Below, piece after piece: positions 27,504 through 64,000 of a stretch of DNA of 64,000 nucleotides (position 1 is its first letter; every line of letters starts with the position of its first letter). Both the position numbers and the translations under genes were made by a program. Below the pieces are notes generated by a model. That model had not been told where the DNA came from, made no database searches, and saw only the letters and a program-made list of their open reading frames with translations. The DNA comes from Antedon mediterranea (Eukaryota; Animalia; Echinodermata), in NCBI RefSeq assembly GCF_964355755.1, contig NC_092670.1, positions 486,201 to 550,200 of the forward strand, written 5' to 3'.

Positions 27504-28564
27504 CAGGGCCGTAGCCAGGATCTGTCAAGGGGGGTTTGGACACTAAATATTTGGGTCAACCCCCCCCCCCCCCTGGGGTGGGGCCTGATGCGAAGCGAAA
27601 TTTGTTAAATGACACCCCTAGATGGCCGGAAAAGACACTCTCGTGCAGCATGCTACCAATGAGCAAAAAGATCGTACTTTTTTCCTCCTTCCCAAACACG
27701 TTGATAATTTAAAGGACGATAACTATTTGTTGCCGTATGTTAGATGCGCGTGCTCTGTGCGGAACCGCCGATTGTTTGATCATTTACTCCGTATTTTGTT
27801 TTGCGTTCAAGTTCAATGCGAACGTACATCTAGGAGCAGCCCCGAAAAAAGCACACTGGTTGAAGGCAAATGCTATTTGCTAGCTCTATCTATAATATTT
27901 ATTTACAGCAATTTGTTGAGGAATATAAATATTTAAATAGGTGATAGATATTGATACATTTTAGTACGTATCGGCTGGTGGTCTAGAAAAAAATAATCGG
28001 ATGCCATAATGTGAACTACAGTACTTGATACCATAGATATTATAGTGTAAAATATTAATATTCACTATAATCCTCTATGATACATTATACTTCATAGTCA
28101 CACATAAATACTGATGTACGTCGGAAGGCTATATACTTTATGCATGCTGCCTGACTGCCAGTGATCTAAACAATTATAGGTACGCAGTTGTCTGGCGGTG
28201 TCCTTTGTACGAATCGTTCGTGCCCCAGTTCGCTATGAGACGCGTCAAAATCATGTTACATGCAGGGACCAAACATTTATTTTTCAGGTTAAAATCGGCA
28301 ATTCATTTGCAGCTTTTAGAAATTTACAGACACGTATCGCCAGTTGACGCTCATACAGAGAAGAAGGTTCACGAACAAGTTTACAAATTTTTCAATTTAC
28401 AAACAACTTTTTGTACTGTGGGGCACATATTTGGAGGATTTTTGGAGATGAGGGTGAGGTATTGGGCATGTCGGGGATGGGGGTTCGCAGTCGGTTAAGG
28501 GGGTTCGCTGTAAAGGGGGGGGGGTTCGCCCGAACCATAAAAACCCCCCCTGGCTACGGGCCTG
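27504..28564. mobile_element. Non-autonomous hAT-like element (~1.06 kb) between the BTAF1 3' end and tweety exon 1
   Basis: TIR CAGGGCCGTAGCCAGG / CCTGGCTACGGGCCTG; ATAACATT occurs on both flanks (8-bp TSD-like, offset by 1 nt on the right). Confidence 0.8.
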
Positions 28565-29315
28565 CATAACATTGTGCAATACACACACAAATATTTTTGG
28601 TAACCAAGTCTATAGATGTTGTTGTTTGCTCAATGTAGCACTGAGCAACAATGAATTTATTATGTCGTTTTACCAGGAATACGCTTACTGTAATTGTAAA
28701 TTATTGAAAACCACATTTTAACAATTCAAACAAGAAATGACAAACAATTTAAAAATACTGTATGCGATATTAATTCTCTATTAACATCAAAACAAGTAAC
28801 ACGTTTTGCATTGTTTTTATGTAAAACATTATGCTTTATGTTTTTAAGCAAAAACTAAACTAATAAGAAAAGGAAATATAAAAGAAAAACATAAATTAAT
28901 TTCAAAATAACATAAACTGCCTTTAGACAAAATAAAAACATGATTTATAAATACATTTAAATAGCAACATTAAATAATGCAGCGTTTGATCCAATCTTCA
29001 CCTTATAGGTGACCAGATTTGCTGCTATGTAAGTGGCAATAAAAACTGATTTGTGTCCAAGGCGTAACCACCAATAAGTGGTTTTACATGTCAGGCTAAT
29101 TTGAGAAATAAATACAGTAGTCTGAATTGATGAGTTCTTTGAACAAATGGAAATTCACTAGTGGATGAGATAATCTCTGACAGTACTTAGTGTGAAAGAT
29201 GAGAACTTGAGAACATAGTTTGTCCCACATAGATTCTGTATCTATCTTAGCGGAAACCGCTTGTCCACTCTGCGCTTTGTTTAAATGGTCATAAGCAATA
29301 TTATTAAGTTGGCCT

Positions 29316-53522
<24,207 letters not shown>

Positions 53523-53899
53523 GACTACGGTGTCATTGCATCAATCATAGCATCTGTGAATAGACTAATAATAATGACTATAGTTTAATAACTAGTAGTA
53601 GCATAGCGATATTTTAGTGAACTATAATATCTCTATGCTACTACTAGTAGAAACCCTCCTTTTGGGACACCTATTCTATTTATTATTTACCACTTCTAAA
53701 TTTAGTAGGTTAAGTAAGTATTGAAGTACAGTATAATTGAGATAATCGTGTCACAGTTGAAGAATGTTTTCGACTACGTACACATACACATTGGCTCAAG
53801 GAACAGGAGTAAGTTAATTTAAATAAAATAATTAAGTTTAAAAAATCGGGGCGAAACGACTTTGTCTATTTTAGCGATAGGAAACACATCATCATTCAG

Positions 53900-54224
53900 A
53901 TGGTCTGGACACTTCTAGCAAATGTACATTTTTAGGTAATATAGTAAACTAAACGTCACTGTGACGAAACATTCATAAGAAGTCTATCTTAAAGGAAGAA
54001 CATTAATTTTAGGCCTTTAGGCCAAGCTAGGCTTAGTACCTTATGTGTCGCTCGAGTTCCGTTTCGACGAAAATTTCTTCCTGAATTTTATTCTTTCAAC
54101 TTTGACCTTGCTCGAAAAAAAACGTGTTTTGTTATGGTTGATTGATCACAAGAAGTCGGCGGCGTGCATGTGTGTGGTGTTTTTTTATTAGTTTTCTCAT
54201 TTTATATTGCTTCTTAGTGCTGGT
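53900..54224. promoter_or_regulatory. Probable bidirectional promoter region for BTAF1 and NOL12
   Basis: The start codons diverge 702 bp apart. CpG is locally enriched at ~54040-54170, and a candidate BTAF1 5'UTR intron has a donor near 54039 and an acceptor near 53554. Confidence 0.55.
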
Positions 54225-55863
54225 ATGGGTGGTGCTTCAAAGGCAAAATCAAATTGGTTTAAGCAACGACATCCTAAAAACCGTGATAGTAAACTAATTT
54301 TAAAATTTGATGAGGATGACAGAAAGTAAGTGATGTTTTAAAGCTAGGCCTAGCCTAGCTAGGCCTACTATATACTATAAGCCTCCACGCGCGCGTCGGA
54401 TAGAGAGGCAGCCTAGGCCAACATACTAGAGCCTGGCTGGTAGAGTTTATGATGGTATCAAGACGTGCTTGCTAACGTCATTTTGGATATGTTATGTTTA
54501 ATGCCGTATTCATCATCGTTTTTAAAGTGTAAACCTGTTCATAAAATTAGTGATTTATATAGGTTTCGTTTATGGCATAAATAAATTATGTTGAAATAAC
54601 TAAAAACTATTATATTTTTGAATACGCACATATTTTTGTTCATTTCAGTGAGTTCTTAACAGGTTTTCAACGAAGAAAAAAAGAACGAAGAGAATATGCT
54701 CAGAAAGTTGCTCTGGAGAAGAAAAAAGAGGAAAAACTTCAAGCAAGAAAAGAACGAAGGGAAGCCAAGAATGAGATGCTTAGCAACGCTAAACTTTTCT
54801 TTCCTAATGGTTAATATATTTACTAATTTTAACAGATTCCCAACAGAAAGCTTGAAATATTAAAGTATTGTATCAAAAAAGATTTTGTGTCTTTCAACTC
54901 AATTACATTTTTCCTGTTATAAGTCACTCTTATTATTAAATGGAAACTATTTTTTTCTCAACTGTTAATTTCAAATAATTATTTCTCTCCTTCTTGCACA
55001 CAACAGAGTAAAAACATATTGCAATTACAATATTACATATTTCTTTTATAAACATGTTTTTTTTTCAGATATTGATAGTGAATTAAAACAGAAGGCCAAA
55101 GCAAATGTATATGATCATAAGCAACACACAGTGACAGTAACAACAATTACTAATGTAGACTTGCTGTCTGAACATGGAGGCTTAGGAACTAACAAGGTAT
55201 AATCACCAGATTGTAATCAAGACTTTGAATAGTAATACTGTCAGAGCATGAGGCAGACGGGGCACTCATCTGGTCTGAAATTTTCACCACCCACCTAATT
55301 TCCTCAGCAGAGATCGTCATATTATATATTAATAATTGTATTTAAAGCATCTTTGCCTCGTCTGTTTTTAACCTCTTGCTAATGGCCTCGACTGTAACTA
55401 TGATCGTATAGTGGATAAACAGAATGTTTAATTTTACAGAAATCCTAATGTATTTTTTTATTTCTCTTTGTAGTTTGAATCTGATGAGGAAGAAGTAAAT
55501 AAGAGTGAAATCGATGAAGATTCCAGTAGCGATGGAGAGACTAAAATAAAGAAAAAGAAAAAATCTGAACTCGGCAAAAAGAAAAAGTATTGAATATTAT
55601 TTTCATATCAACATTACAGTATTTTTATTGCAATTATTAAACCTTATTGATAATATAAATTATAGTTGCATTTATTTGTTGTTTTTCTTATTACACTTTA
55701 CAGGCAACAACCAAATACAATAACAAGGCAGAAATTTTGGATGAATCTAAAAACCAGAAAACGTGAATTAAAAAAGCTTTCAAAAAGTGACCCACAAGCA
55801 TTTAGTAAAAGTAAACAACAACAGAGAAGGCTTTTGAGGAGAAAGGGAGGACGTAAGAAGTGA
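54225..55863 (+). CDS. NOL12: Nucleolar protein 12 (NOL12/Nop25/Rrp17 family), 5 coding exons
   Basis: Exons 54225-54325, 54649-54809, 55069-55196, 55474-55586, 55704-55863 (TGA 55861-55863), all GT-AG with matching phases. The translation contains KLILKFDEDDRNEFLTGFQRRKKERR (Nop25 motif) and YDHKQHTVTVTTI, followed by acidic and Lys/Arg-rich tails. Confidence 0.92.
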
Positions 55864-56208
55864 AGAACCAAACAGAACATAAATTGCACTGTAGATAACA
55901 ACTAATGTTGTTGAACCTTTTTGACAAATGGAATTGATGACATCAAAATAAAGATCAAAACATTGAATCATGACTTAATTTTCACAAATTATTTACTCAT
56001 TGTTGGTTATGTGTACTTTATTGGGCAATTTTACTTGTTAAAGATGTATTGTCCCCCAAAATATGAAAAATAAAGATAAATACTGTACAATCAATCTATG
56101 AATAGGCTATTTTGTAGTTTTGTAAAAAGTCAGTTAAAAAAAATGTTGATCCTATATATGGCAAAAAGTTTTAACATACCGCCCTCTGTTGATTCAATCA
56201 ATTATCTT

Positions 56209-56221
56209 GTTGCATGGAAAC
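56209..56221. promoter_or_regulatory. RFX X-box-like site upstream of the FBXW10-like gene
   Basis: GTTGCATGGAAAC, ~90 bp upstream of a strong donor (AAA|GTAAGT at 56311) of a probable non-coding first exon. Confidence 0.55.
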
Positions 56222-57161
56222 ACAAGCGGTCTGAAGTCAATCAGAGCGACAAGACGAAGATTATTGTTTTTGTTTTAAACACCTCATTCATGAAAAGATA
56301 ACTTGGGAAAGTAAGTAAGTTTGAATGAATTAGTAATCTCTGTAATTCTGATGAAATAATTAAACTTCAATTTTTAGTTAGTTCATGCGGCCCGGGTAGA
56401 TTCCCGTCGGCACAGCGCGCGGGTCGGGGTTAATTAATGGCCATATGGAGGTATAAAATAAACCTCCATGATGGCCATGGGCATGGATGGGACTTTTATT
56501 AGCCGCCCGGCGGCCCAGCACCACAACCAGCAGCCACCAGCTAGAGAAGGAAGGACCTGCTATAATATAATTAAGAAAAGAAATTACAAACCAGATTTTT
56601 AAAATGAAAATAAAATCGGCCTAGTTGATCAGATTGGCGGCGCCCAGATTGGCTGGGTAATTCCATTCAGTTTATGTTTATAGGTTATGCCAAATAAATA
56701 ACTTATTTAGAAAAAATACACTTTTATTTTAATAAAAGAATTTTTTTAAAGTTTAAAATTGTCAACTTCAGAGGACAAGGAAGGGAGATTTAAATTTTGT
56801 TTTTGTTTCTAAAGTAATTATTAATAAATATTTTAATATTATAGGCTAGTAGGACTCTTTACAATACAACATTGAAAAATGAATCACTATAGACCTACAT
56901 ACATTTTCAACTTCAGGAAAACCAATATCTAACACGTAAATATTATAATAAAATGTTACGTTTTTATCGAAATTTTTAGTTATTAATTTTTTAAAATTTT
57001 TTTAAAGTAAAAAATAAAGTTTATTTTTTGTAAAGTACTGTAAGTAAGATTTAATTTCTTTAAAAAAAAGGTAGGCCTAATTGTAAATTAACTAATTGAT
57101 ATATTTTTTCAGTACGTTGTTTAAGAAGATGGCATGATATGATTGATATTATTATTTGAAA

Positions 57162-60100
57162 ATGAGACACCCACCACAAAACACAATCCAATATGAACTT
57201 AACATCGGGAAAGCCCCAGACCTACGATGCGTCCATAGCCAGGTTGCAACAACATGTGGTAACTGCGACTCATGTCAACTCGGTTCTAAACTCATCCAAA
57301 CCAAAGAATGGTTCCTACGTGCTGGAGAAACGACACGACAGAAGTTCCTCCTCGGCATGGTTCAACGATCTCACAGTGCGGACCTTTTACGTTACATCGT
57401 TAACCTTCTAAAACCGCTTCTCTGTAAAGATTATACGTATGCACGGTCAAGAACGAATCCTAGTATAATTGGAGATTTCGCAGAGTTTTCATCCGAACGT
57501 GCATTACAGAAATCAGATATTGAAGATGCGATGCAGGAGTTATGGGATTGGTTTATAGAGGCAGGGTATTGGAGCAAAGCTAACTATATGCTTGGAGTTC
57601 TACAGAGCTGTAACGGAGACCTACTGTACAAGACGGCGACATTAGCACGTGTCATGCTCGCAAATGAACAGAAAGTAGAAGAAAAACGAAAAATGAATGG
57701 TTTGTAATTTTGTTCTATTATTTTTTTTTTAGTTTTAATTCTTATAAAAAAAAAAATAGCAATAAACACAATATATTCAGGATGAACCAATTAACCCGCA
57801 ACACAAAAGAATTAAAATTCTTTTGTGTTGCGGGTTAAGTTTCCATGGAGTCGTAATTTAATCTTTAATTTAACCATGGACGTGTACTGAATACTTAATT
57901 AGTATTTTAATTTATTTGAGGATCTTTTTATTGCTCCTGTATTTTTTATTTTTGTTGGTTCAAAATTGACTTGATATGCTTAAAAAAAAACCATTTTCAA
58001 ATCTCACTTGTTGACTATACAAATGTTCAGTTGGAATTCTTTCACTGTGAGTCATACCAAAAAAATGCTACCTTGCATAAAACAATATTTCTAACTTTTA
58101 AAAACATAAATTACAAGCACCAAGTTGGTCCTTGATTGTAGGTTGTCATGGCAACACAAAGTAATCTAATATTTCTAAATCTAAGTTTCCGTCCTAAATT
58201 TCCTTTATAATTTAAAGGATTAATGACCTGCATAGCAGCTAAACAGAAATCAATAAGGTACATCGCAACCTGTAATTAAATGGTAATCACTTTACTACCT
58301 AAATGAAAAAGCTCCATGACCTTCTATATTTTCAGATTTCTGTTATCCTTATAAATGGGTAATAATATAATGATTCATTCAGCATTTTGATCTTTATTTG
58401 TACATCATTAGGAATGATAATAACTTGATGATTTATAGTGAGGGGCAGATTAGGGGCTTTACTACATTCGATTACTGAGTCATCAGTCATTTTATTGTCT
58501 TTTTATTGTACTTATGTTTTTTTTAACAGTTAAAATAAAATTATAACTACTTTTTTATCTATTTTCAACAGACTTTATTATAAAGTATATTAGCACTGTT
58601 CCCCATTAAAAGTCCTGGGTCTGATATTATTATGCATAAAAGTGAATGATAAAGTAAACTGTACAGGATTTCCACTGGTATATTATCACTGGTATATTAT
58701 CACTGGTATATTATCATAGACTCAACAATCCTACTATCAATTTACTTGTTCTTTGTTGCGCATTGATTGGCAACAATAGCAGACATCTGATCACCGTGTG
58801 TCTAGCAGGTGAAAAGCTGGAAATTAATATCACCAGAAAATAAGCCAAGCGTATATCTTCTTAGATTTAGGTTGATATTCTGCTTCGAAACTGCATATCA
58901 CTTTTTACCTGAAGATAAGATAACTTTATTTCGTCCTCAAAACAAGTGAAAATAATAAAGATCTAAAACAATCCTAAAGTTATCAATATCAAGTCAAACT
59001 ATCAACAAAATAGAATAATTATCTACCTACCTACTGTACTAAAACAATTTTATTGCAAACTATTTTTTTAATTTTCAAAACATAATGACGCTATTGTTAA
59101 ATATAAGTGTGTACAAAAAATTGCTTAAAATATTCTGTATTTATATTTTTAGAACATGACGACATTGAATCCTTAGTGTCTACAGTGTATTCCTACGATT
59201 CTTACAAGTACCCTGAGCATGAGCTACTTAGTCTAACTAAACCGGCATACTATGAACCGATTACAAACCATCTAGCCACCGAAAACTTAGAACCAGACCA
59301 TGTTCTTGTCGAGGACTACGATGATGATTTTGACGAGGTTTCACTAATGTCAGAATCTTCCATTGATCCAACCACCAGCATCATGCCAATGTCGAAGAGA
59401 GCCACAAGTGGAGTCGCCAAAAGACGCGATTTTATTCGTGATTTGCCAGTGTTTATTTCAAAGTATATTTTAAATTTCTTGGATCATGCTTCGTTAGCAC
59501 AGTGTACCCGTGTGTCTACGGCGTGGCACGTTTTTGCGAAAGAAGTCCAAGATGAAAGAATTGTACACCAAGAACTAATAGAAGATGTTATGTTAATGCA
59601 GGTATAATATTAAAGCTTTAAATACTTCCCATATTTGTTAAATATTTGCAATTTGCTTAAATCAAGACTGTAATAATAATAAATATTCTTACCTGATTAT
59701 TACATTGCCAGACCTTTAAACTTGCTCAATTGAGAAAGAAAAACTTAATTCATGAAAAATTTCCATTCCATAGGGTTCATCAGCTCAAGGAGGGAATCCA
59801 GTATATGCTAAGCACATTACAGTTCCGATACCGCAGCTTATTCCGGACACTGAAGACCCGCTTCCTTCGGATGTACCGCCTACAGTAGCTCACCATCGGA
59901 ATGAGATTAATATGGAGATGAGCTACAGTGGGATTGTTACTGATGAGATCCCAATGGAAGAACGAAATGTGTATTGTGGTGGATATAATGTTATGGTGCT
60001 ATCAGATCAGTATGTTTATTATTTGAAAATTGAAATGATACTAAAGATGAAAATAAGGAATATAGAATAGATAGTAGAGGAATGAAATAAATAATGTCAA

Positions 60101-63100
60101 GCTTTATTTGATGGCAATACATGAGTAGTATTATGGCAATATTAATATCGTGATTATGATAAAAATGGTTGATGGTTACGCTAACATAACATGATCAATA
60201 CATATCAATAATTGTATGATTGCAATATAATCAGCTGACAAAAAAAAGTAAATATAAAAATACACAAAGATGAGAAATCAACACAGTAAATAAATTAGAC
60301 TAATTTTGAGCATCAATTATTGGAATGGCTAAAAATCACATATATATTAATTCATAGGTATGATTTCAATCGAGTGGTTAACTACAACCATGGCAAACTG
60401 GCTGCAATTGGTTCATTTGATCGGCACATCAAATTTATTGATGTAGCCACGGGGAAACCGTACGGTCCTGTTATGACCGGCCATGCTGGATCTGTCCGAT
60501 GCGTATACATTGATGAAAGTAGGGACTTTGTACTCAGTGGTAGTTATGATACCAGTATAAGGTGAGAAGAAACTTCCATTCCTAAGCCTAGCTAGGCCAG
60601 GCCTAAAGACCCGGGAGAGGACTACTTGGGTACTGTAGTGCATTGTCTTGTTATCATAATTTACCATAAAACGTTCATTTAAAACAAGGGAATGACCTGG
60701 TTTGATGTTTTTAAAGTAATTTATGCATTATTTTTACAAAACATAACAAATTGTAGGGAATAGGTCTTTAACTTGTTCACTGATGTGAGGTAAATAGTTG
60801 ACTTGTGGTAAAGTATTGTATACAGCTAGTATTTCAATAGCTTCTGTACTAGAATTGGTTTTGTGTTAATTGTTAGATGTTGGGATCTAACATCAGGCCG
60901 TCCAATCAAGATATTCCATGGACATCAGGGAACCATTACCTGTTTGGATATGTTTGAAGATTTCATAGTGTCCGGAGGAAAAGATAATGAAGTCAAAGGT
61001 AAATAAAGAGTGTATTGCCTAAAAACTAGATCCGGTCTGGTGGTAAGTATTTCACATATTTTAAGTTAATATGTATTTCCCTCAAGTGGTATTCACTTAA
61101 GATAAGAGAATGTTTCTATTGTGTTTCTCTTATCCTCAGTTTGAATTGTTAACTAAGGCCAATGGTCCTTGTACTAGATAACAAATTTATCAAACCATGA
61201 AAAATTGTGCTTTATTTTAAGTTTGGAACTTAAACTCTGGAAAGTGTCTACGGACATTCAAACATCGGTGTCGAATACAAGCTGTGTCAATATATGGTGA
61301 TCGGGTTGTCAGCGGATGTCAAGGGGGAAAGGTCAAAGTGTGGTCTATTAAAGATGCATGTTTAATCAAGGTACACATTGATGTTTCCAGGCAATCTGAT
61401 GATTAACTATTATGATAACTATTGTTATTCTGAGACAGGAAATTTAAATACTAGAATTTAACAAAATCAACTTATCACATACTGATGTCCTGCAACTTGA
61501 ATTATCATGAAATGTAGGCCTAACGCTCTTTTTTTGGATTAAAAAAATGTGTTATCTTAACAATATCTACTGTATGACTGTTTATTTCAGCGCTTAGACG
61601 GACCATTGGCGCACACTGGACCAATCCGGACAATAGAGATAGATAAATGGCACATAGCTACCGGAGGCAGCGATGGGTACGCATTTGTTTGGAGCGCCAT
61701 TGGTAACCACAAAAAGGCAATTAGCTCAATGCGACATCCACTGTAAGTTTTGATCCTACATATTTTTTTCTAATTGGAAAACACTATTGCAGAATAATCT
61801 TGCCTAAGGATACAAGCAATGATCCACGATCAGTAATTCAACATCCAACACACTGCGCCCCATGCCCTCACAATATCATTGCGTACATTTTTATATTATG
61901 AAAACCATTGTTTTTACTTTCAGAGGTGTTCTGTGTCTCAACATCTCGTACCTACGTTTAGTAACAGGTTGCGAGGATGGAAAATTACGAATCTGGAATA
62001 TACTAAAGGCTGAGTGCCTGCGAGTTTTACGTGGTAACAGTCGATCAGATCCTATCCTTAGCATATGTGCATGCAATGAAAGGTAAACTCTATCTACATC
62101 TTAAAATTCACTATAAATTAAATAAATACCCAACAGACTTCAGATGCACATTCTATACTAATATGCTAGCATGATGATGATACTAATATGCTAGCATGAT
62201 GATGATACTAATATGCTAGCATGATGATGATACTAATATGCTAGCATGATGATGATACTAATATGCTAGCATGATGATGATACTAATATGCTAGCATGAT
62301 GATGATACTAATATGCTAGCATGATGATGATACTAATAATATGCTAGCATGATGATGATACTAATATGCTAGCATGATGATGATACTAATATGCTAGCAT
62401 GATGATGATACTAATATGCTAGCATGATGATACTAATATGCTAGCATGATGATGATACTAATATGCTAGCATGATGATGATACTAATATGCTAGCATGAT
62501 GATGATACTAATTATTATGTAATTCGTTGATTGTAAACCAGTACATATCAGTATTTGTATATTATTATGTAATTCGTTGATTGTAAACCAGTACATATCA
62601 GTATTTGTATATTATTACCAGTACATATCAATATACTAATCGAAACTAGAGGAAAATGTTTCACTAATATTATTCTCTTCAATTTATAGACTGGTGCTAA
62701 ATACCATCAACAATTTGTTAATCCTAAACTTTGAAGAAGTGAAATGGGATTATGACCAATTAGAAGAAAAAATTGAATTACTTCGGTATAAAAACCATTA
62801 CAAAGACGCACCATTACGGCACCACTCATATTCTTACGTTCGTGCTCAGCGCAGTGAACGGGCACAATCAGCCAATCCCAAGGTTTTAAAACATAGCCAA
62901 TCAGATCCACAGATTAAGCATGCCAGTTTGAATAGATCCAGGGCTCAAAGTTTGCCTCACAGTACACGAGGGTTGAGTGCAAACAACCGGAAGAGGGCAG
63001 AGTTCGTACAGAAGGTTGTAAAGGAGGTCAGTCTGACGCAAAGTCTAACAGGCAGCGTTTATCACAATACACAGGCTTCGGAGTCAAGGCCTGGAACGGC

Positions 63101-64000
63101 TGTTCACAAGGGAAATGTTTCAAGGCCTCAAAGTGTGGCCTTAACACACAACTCATTCAAATCTAATCTCGGCATGTCTAGATGCAGCAATCAAAAAATA
63201 TTGCGCCCTCCTACAGGTATGTCAATTGTGTCACGACCTCCGACAGGATTGTCGTTTGTATCTCGGCCTCCTACTGGGATGTCGATAGCGAATACCAGTC
63301 CTGTTTCACGGCCACCCACAGGAATGTCGAGGTCGAATACCCGCAATGACTTGCATAGTCCAACAGGTATTCTCAAGAATATGTCCACAAGGCCTCGTAC
63401 CGCTTTATCTAACATAGATCAAATAAAACGAAACAAAATGCAGTCTGCAAAGAGAGTACAAAGTGCCCCAGTGGGGGTGACCTTTAGACCAGATTCATAT
63501 TTATCATATTCTGAAAGCAAAGCTTTGTATCGTTCAAAACTACGAACAATGGGACGAGAAACACCTCAAGACCAATTGTTATTAACTGTCAATTCTATCG
63601 AAAGCTCAAAACAAAACAATGAACTTGTGCGGAATACTACCCACAATGCCAAGGAGATTGACTGTGGTGTGCGAGTAGTTGGCATAAGTGACCTGCCTAA
63701 AACAAGGTCAGTTATACGTAGAGCTTTCCTCACAAAACAAACAGATAGAGTCAAGGAAAAAGATGTTTTAATAACAAAAATACAGTCAGTTCCTGCTGAT
63801 AAACTGCCATTTGAAAGTATACATCCAAAGAACGTAAAGACGAGCATTCCAGAAGTACAAGTGATTCGACCAAATACAGCAGAAACAATCAGAATGGCGG
63901 ACATCACCAAACACAAAGCGTTAAGATCAAGCAGTGCTGGACCGGTCCTGAGACAAACCGCTCACTTCAGCAATCTGCCACAAAAAGAAGTTCCAAAACA
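57162..64000 (+). CDS. FBXW10: F-box/WD40 repeat protein, FBXW10/CDRT1-like; 3' end beyond the right window edge
   Basis: Exons 57162-57699, 59153-59601, 59774-60009, 60358-60561, 60877-60998, 61222-61370, 61591-61742, 61924-62082, 62690->64000 (open to the window end). N-terminal CGNCDSC..TKEWFLRAG..KDYTYARS region as in CDRT1/FBXW10; F-box DFIRDLPVFISKYILNFLD..CTRVS..W; MEERNVYCGGYNV; WD40 repeats (GHAGSVRC..SGSYDTSIRCWD, GHQGTITCL..SGGKDNEVKVWN, TGCEDGKLRIWN). Confidence 0.85.
57791..57838. mobile_element. 40-bp piggyBac-like micro-element (perfect hairpin)
   Basis: TTAA-CCCGCAACACAAAAGAATT-AA-AATTCTTTTGTGTTGCGGG-TTAA. Confidence 0.7.
58142..58155. promoter_or_regulatory. RFX X-box-like site in an FBXW10 intron
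   Basis: GTTGTCATGGCAAC, one mismatch from the palindromic consensus GTTGCCATGGCAAC. Confidence 0.5.
62156..62511. repeat. 25-bp minisatellite, ~14 copies
   Basis: Unit TACTAATATGCTAGCATGATGATGA with +/-3-bp variants. Confidence 0.97.

Noticed and set aside
63191-63916. Minus-strand ORFs (74 and 116 aa) with IPVGGRD repeats
   Set aside because: They are antisense shadows of the long plus-strand FBXW10-like exon.

Overview
AT-rich, intron-rich animal genomic DNA, inferred to be a marine invertebrate deuterostome such as an echinoderm from its repeat content. Four spliced protein-coding genes were reconstructed by hand: a tweety homolog (TTYH, minus strand, 26819 to beyond the left edge), a complete 40-coding-exon BTAF1/Mot1 (minus, 53522-29316, with one U12-type intron), NOL12/Rrp17 (plus, 54225-55863, head-to-head with BTAF1) and an FBXW10/CDRT1-like F-box/WD40 gene (plus, 57162 to beyond the right edge). 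The three very long ORFs in the ORF track are intronic minisatellites (63-, 48- and 54-bp units), not independent genes. Introns hold many non-autonomous DNA transposons (pogo/Tc1-like, hAT-like, piggyBac-like, a 3.3-kb Mutator/foldback element with ~1.3-kb arms) and SINE remnants. Most notable observations: (1) a short (TA)n-flanked element carrying a minimal hammerhead ribozyme, present in three copies, one with an internal 48-bp segment expanded into a ~40-copy minisatellite; (2) a second hammerhead motif, with both lying sense within the tweety pre-mRNA; (3) in-frame degenerate copies of BTAF1 exons in the adjacent introns, one shaped like a mutually exclusive exon; (4) a possible in-frame splice from tweety into the 63-bp array ORF. 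Coordinates were counted by eye and may be off by a few bases.
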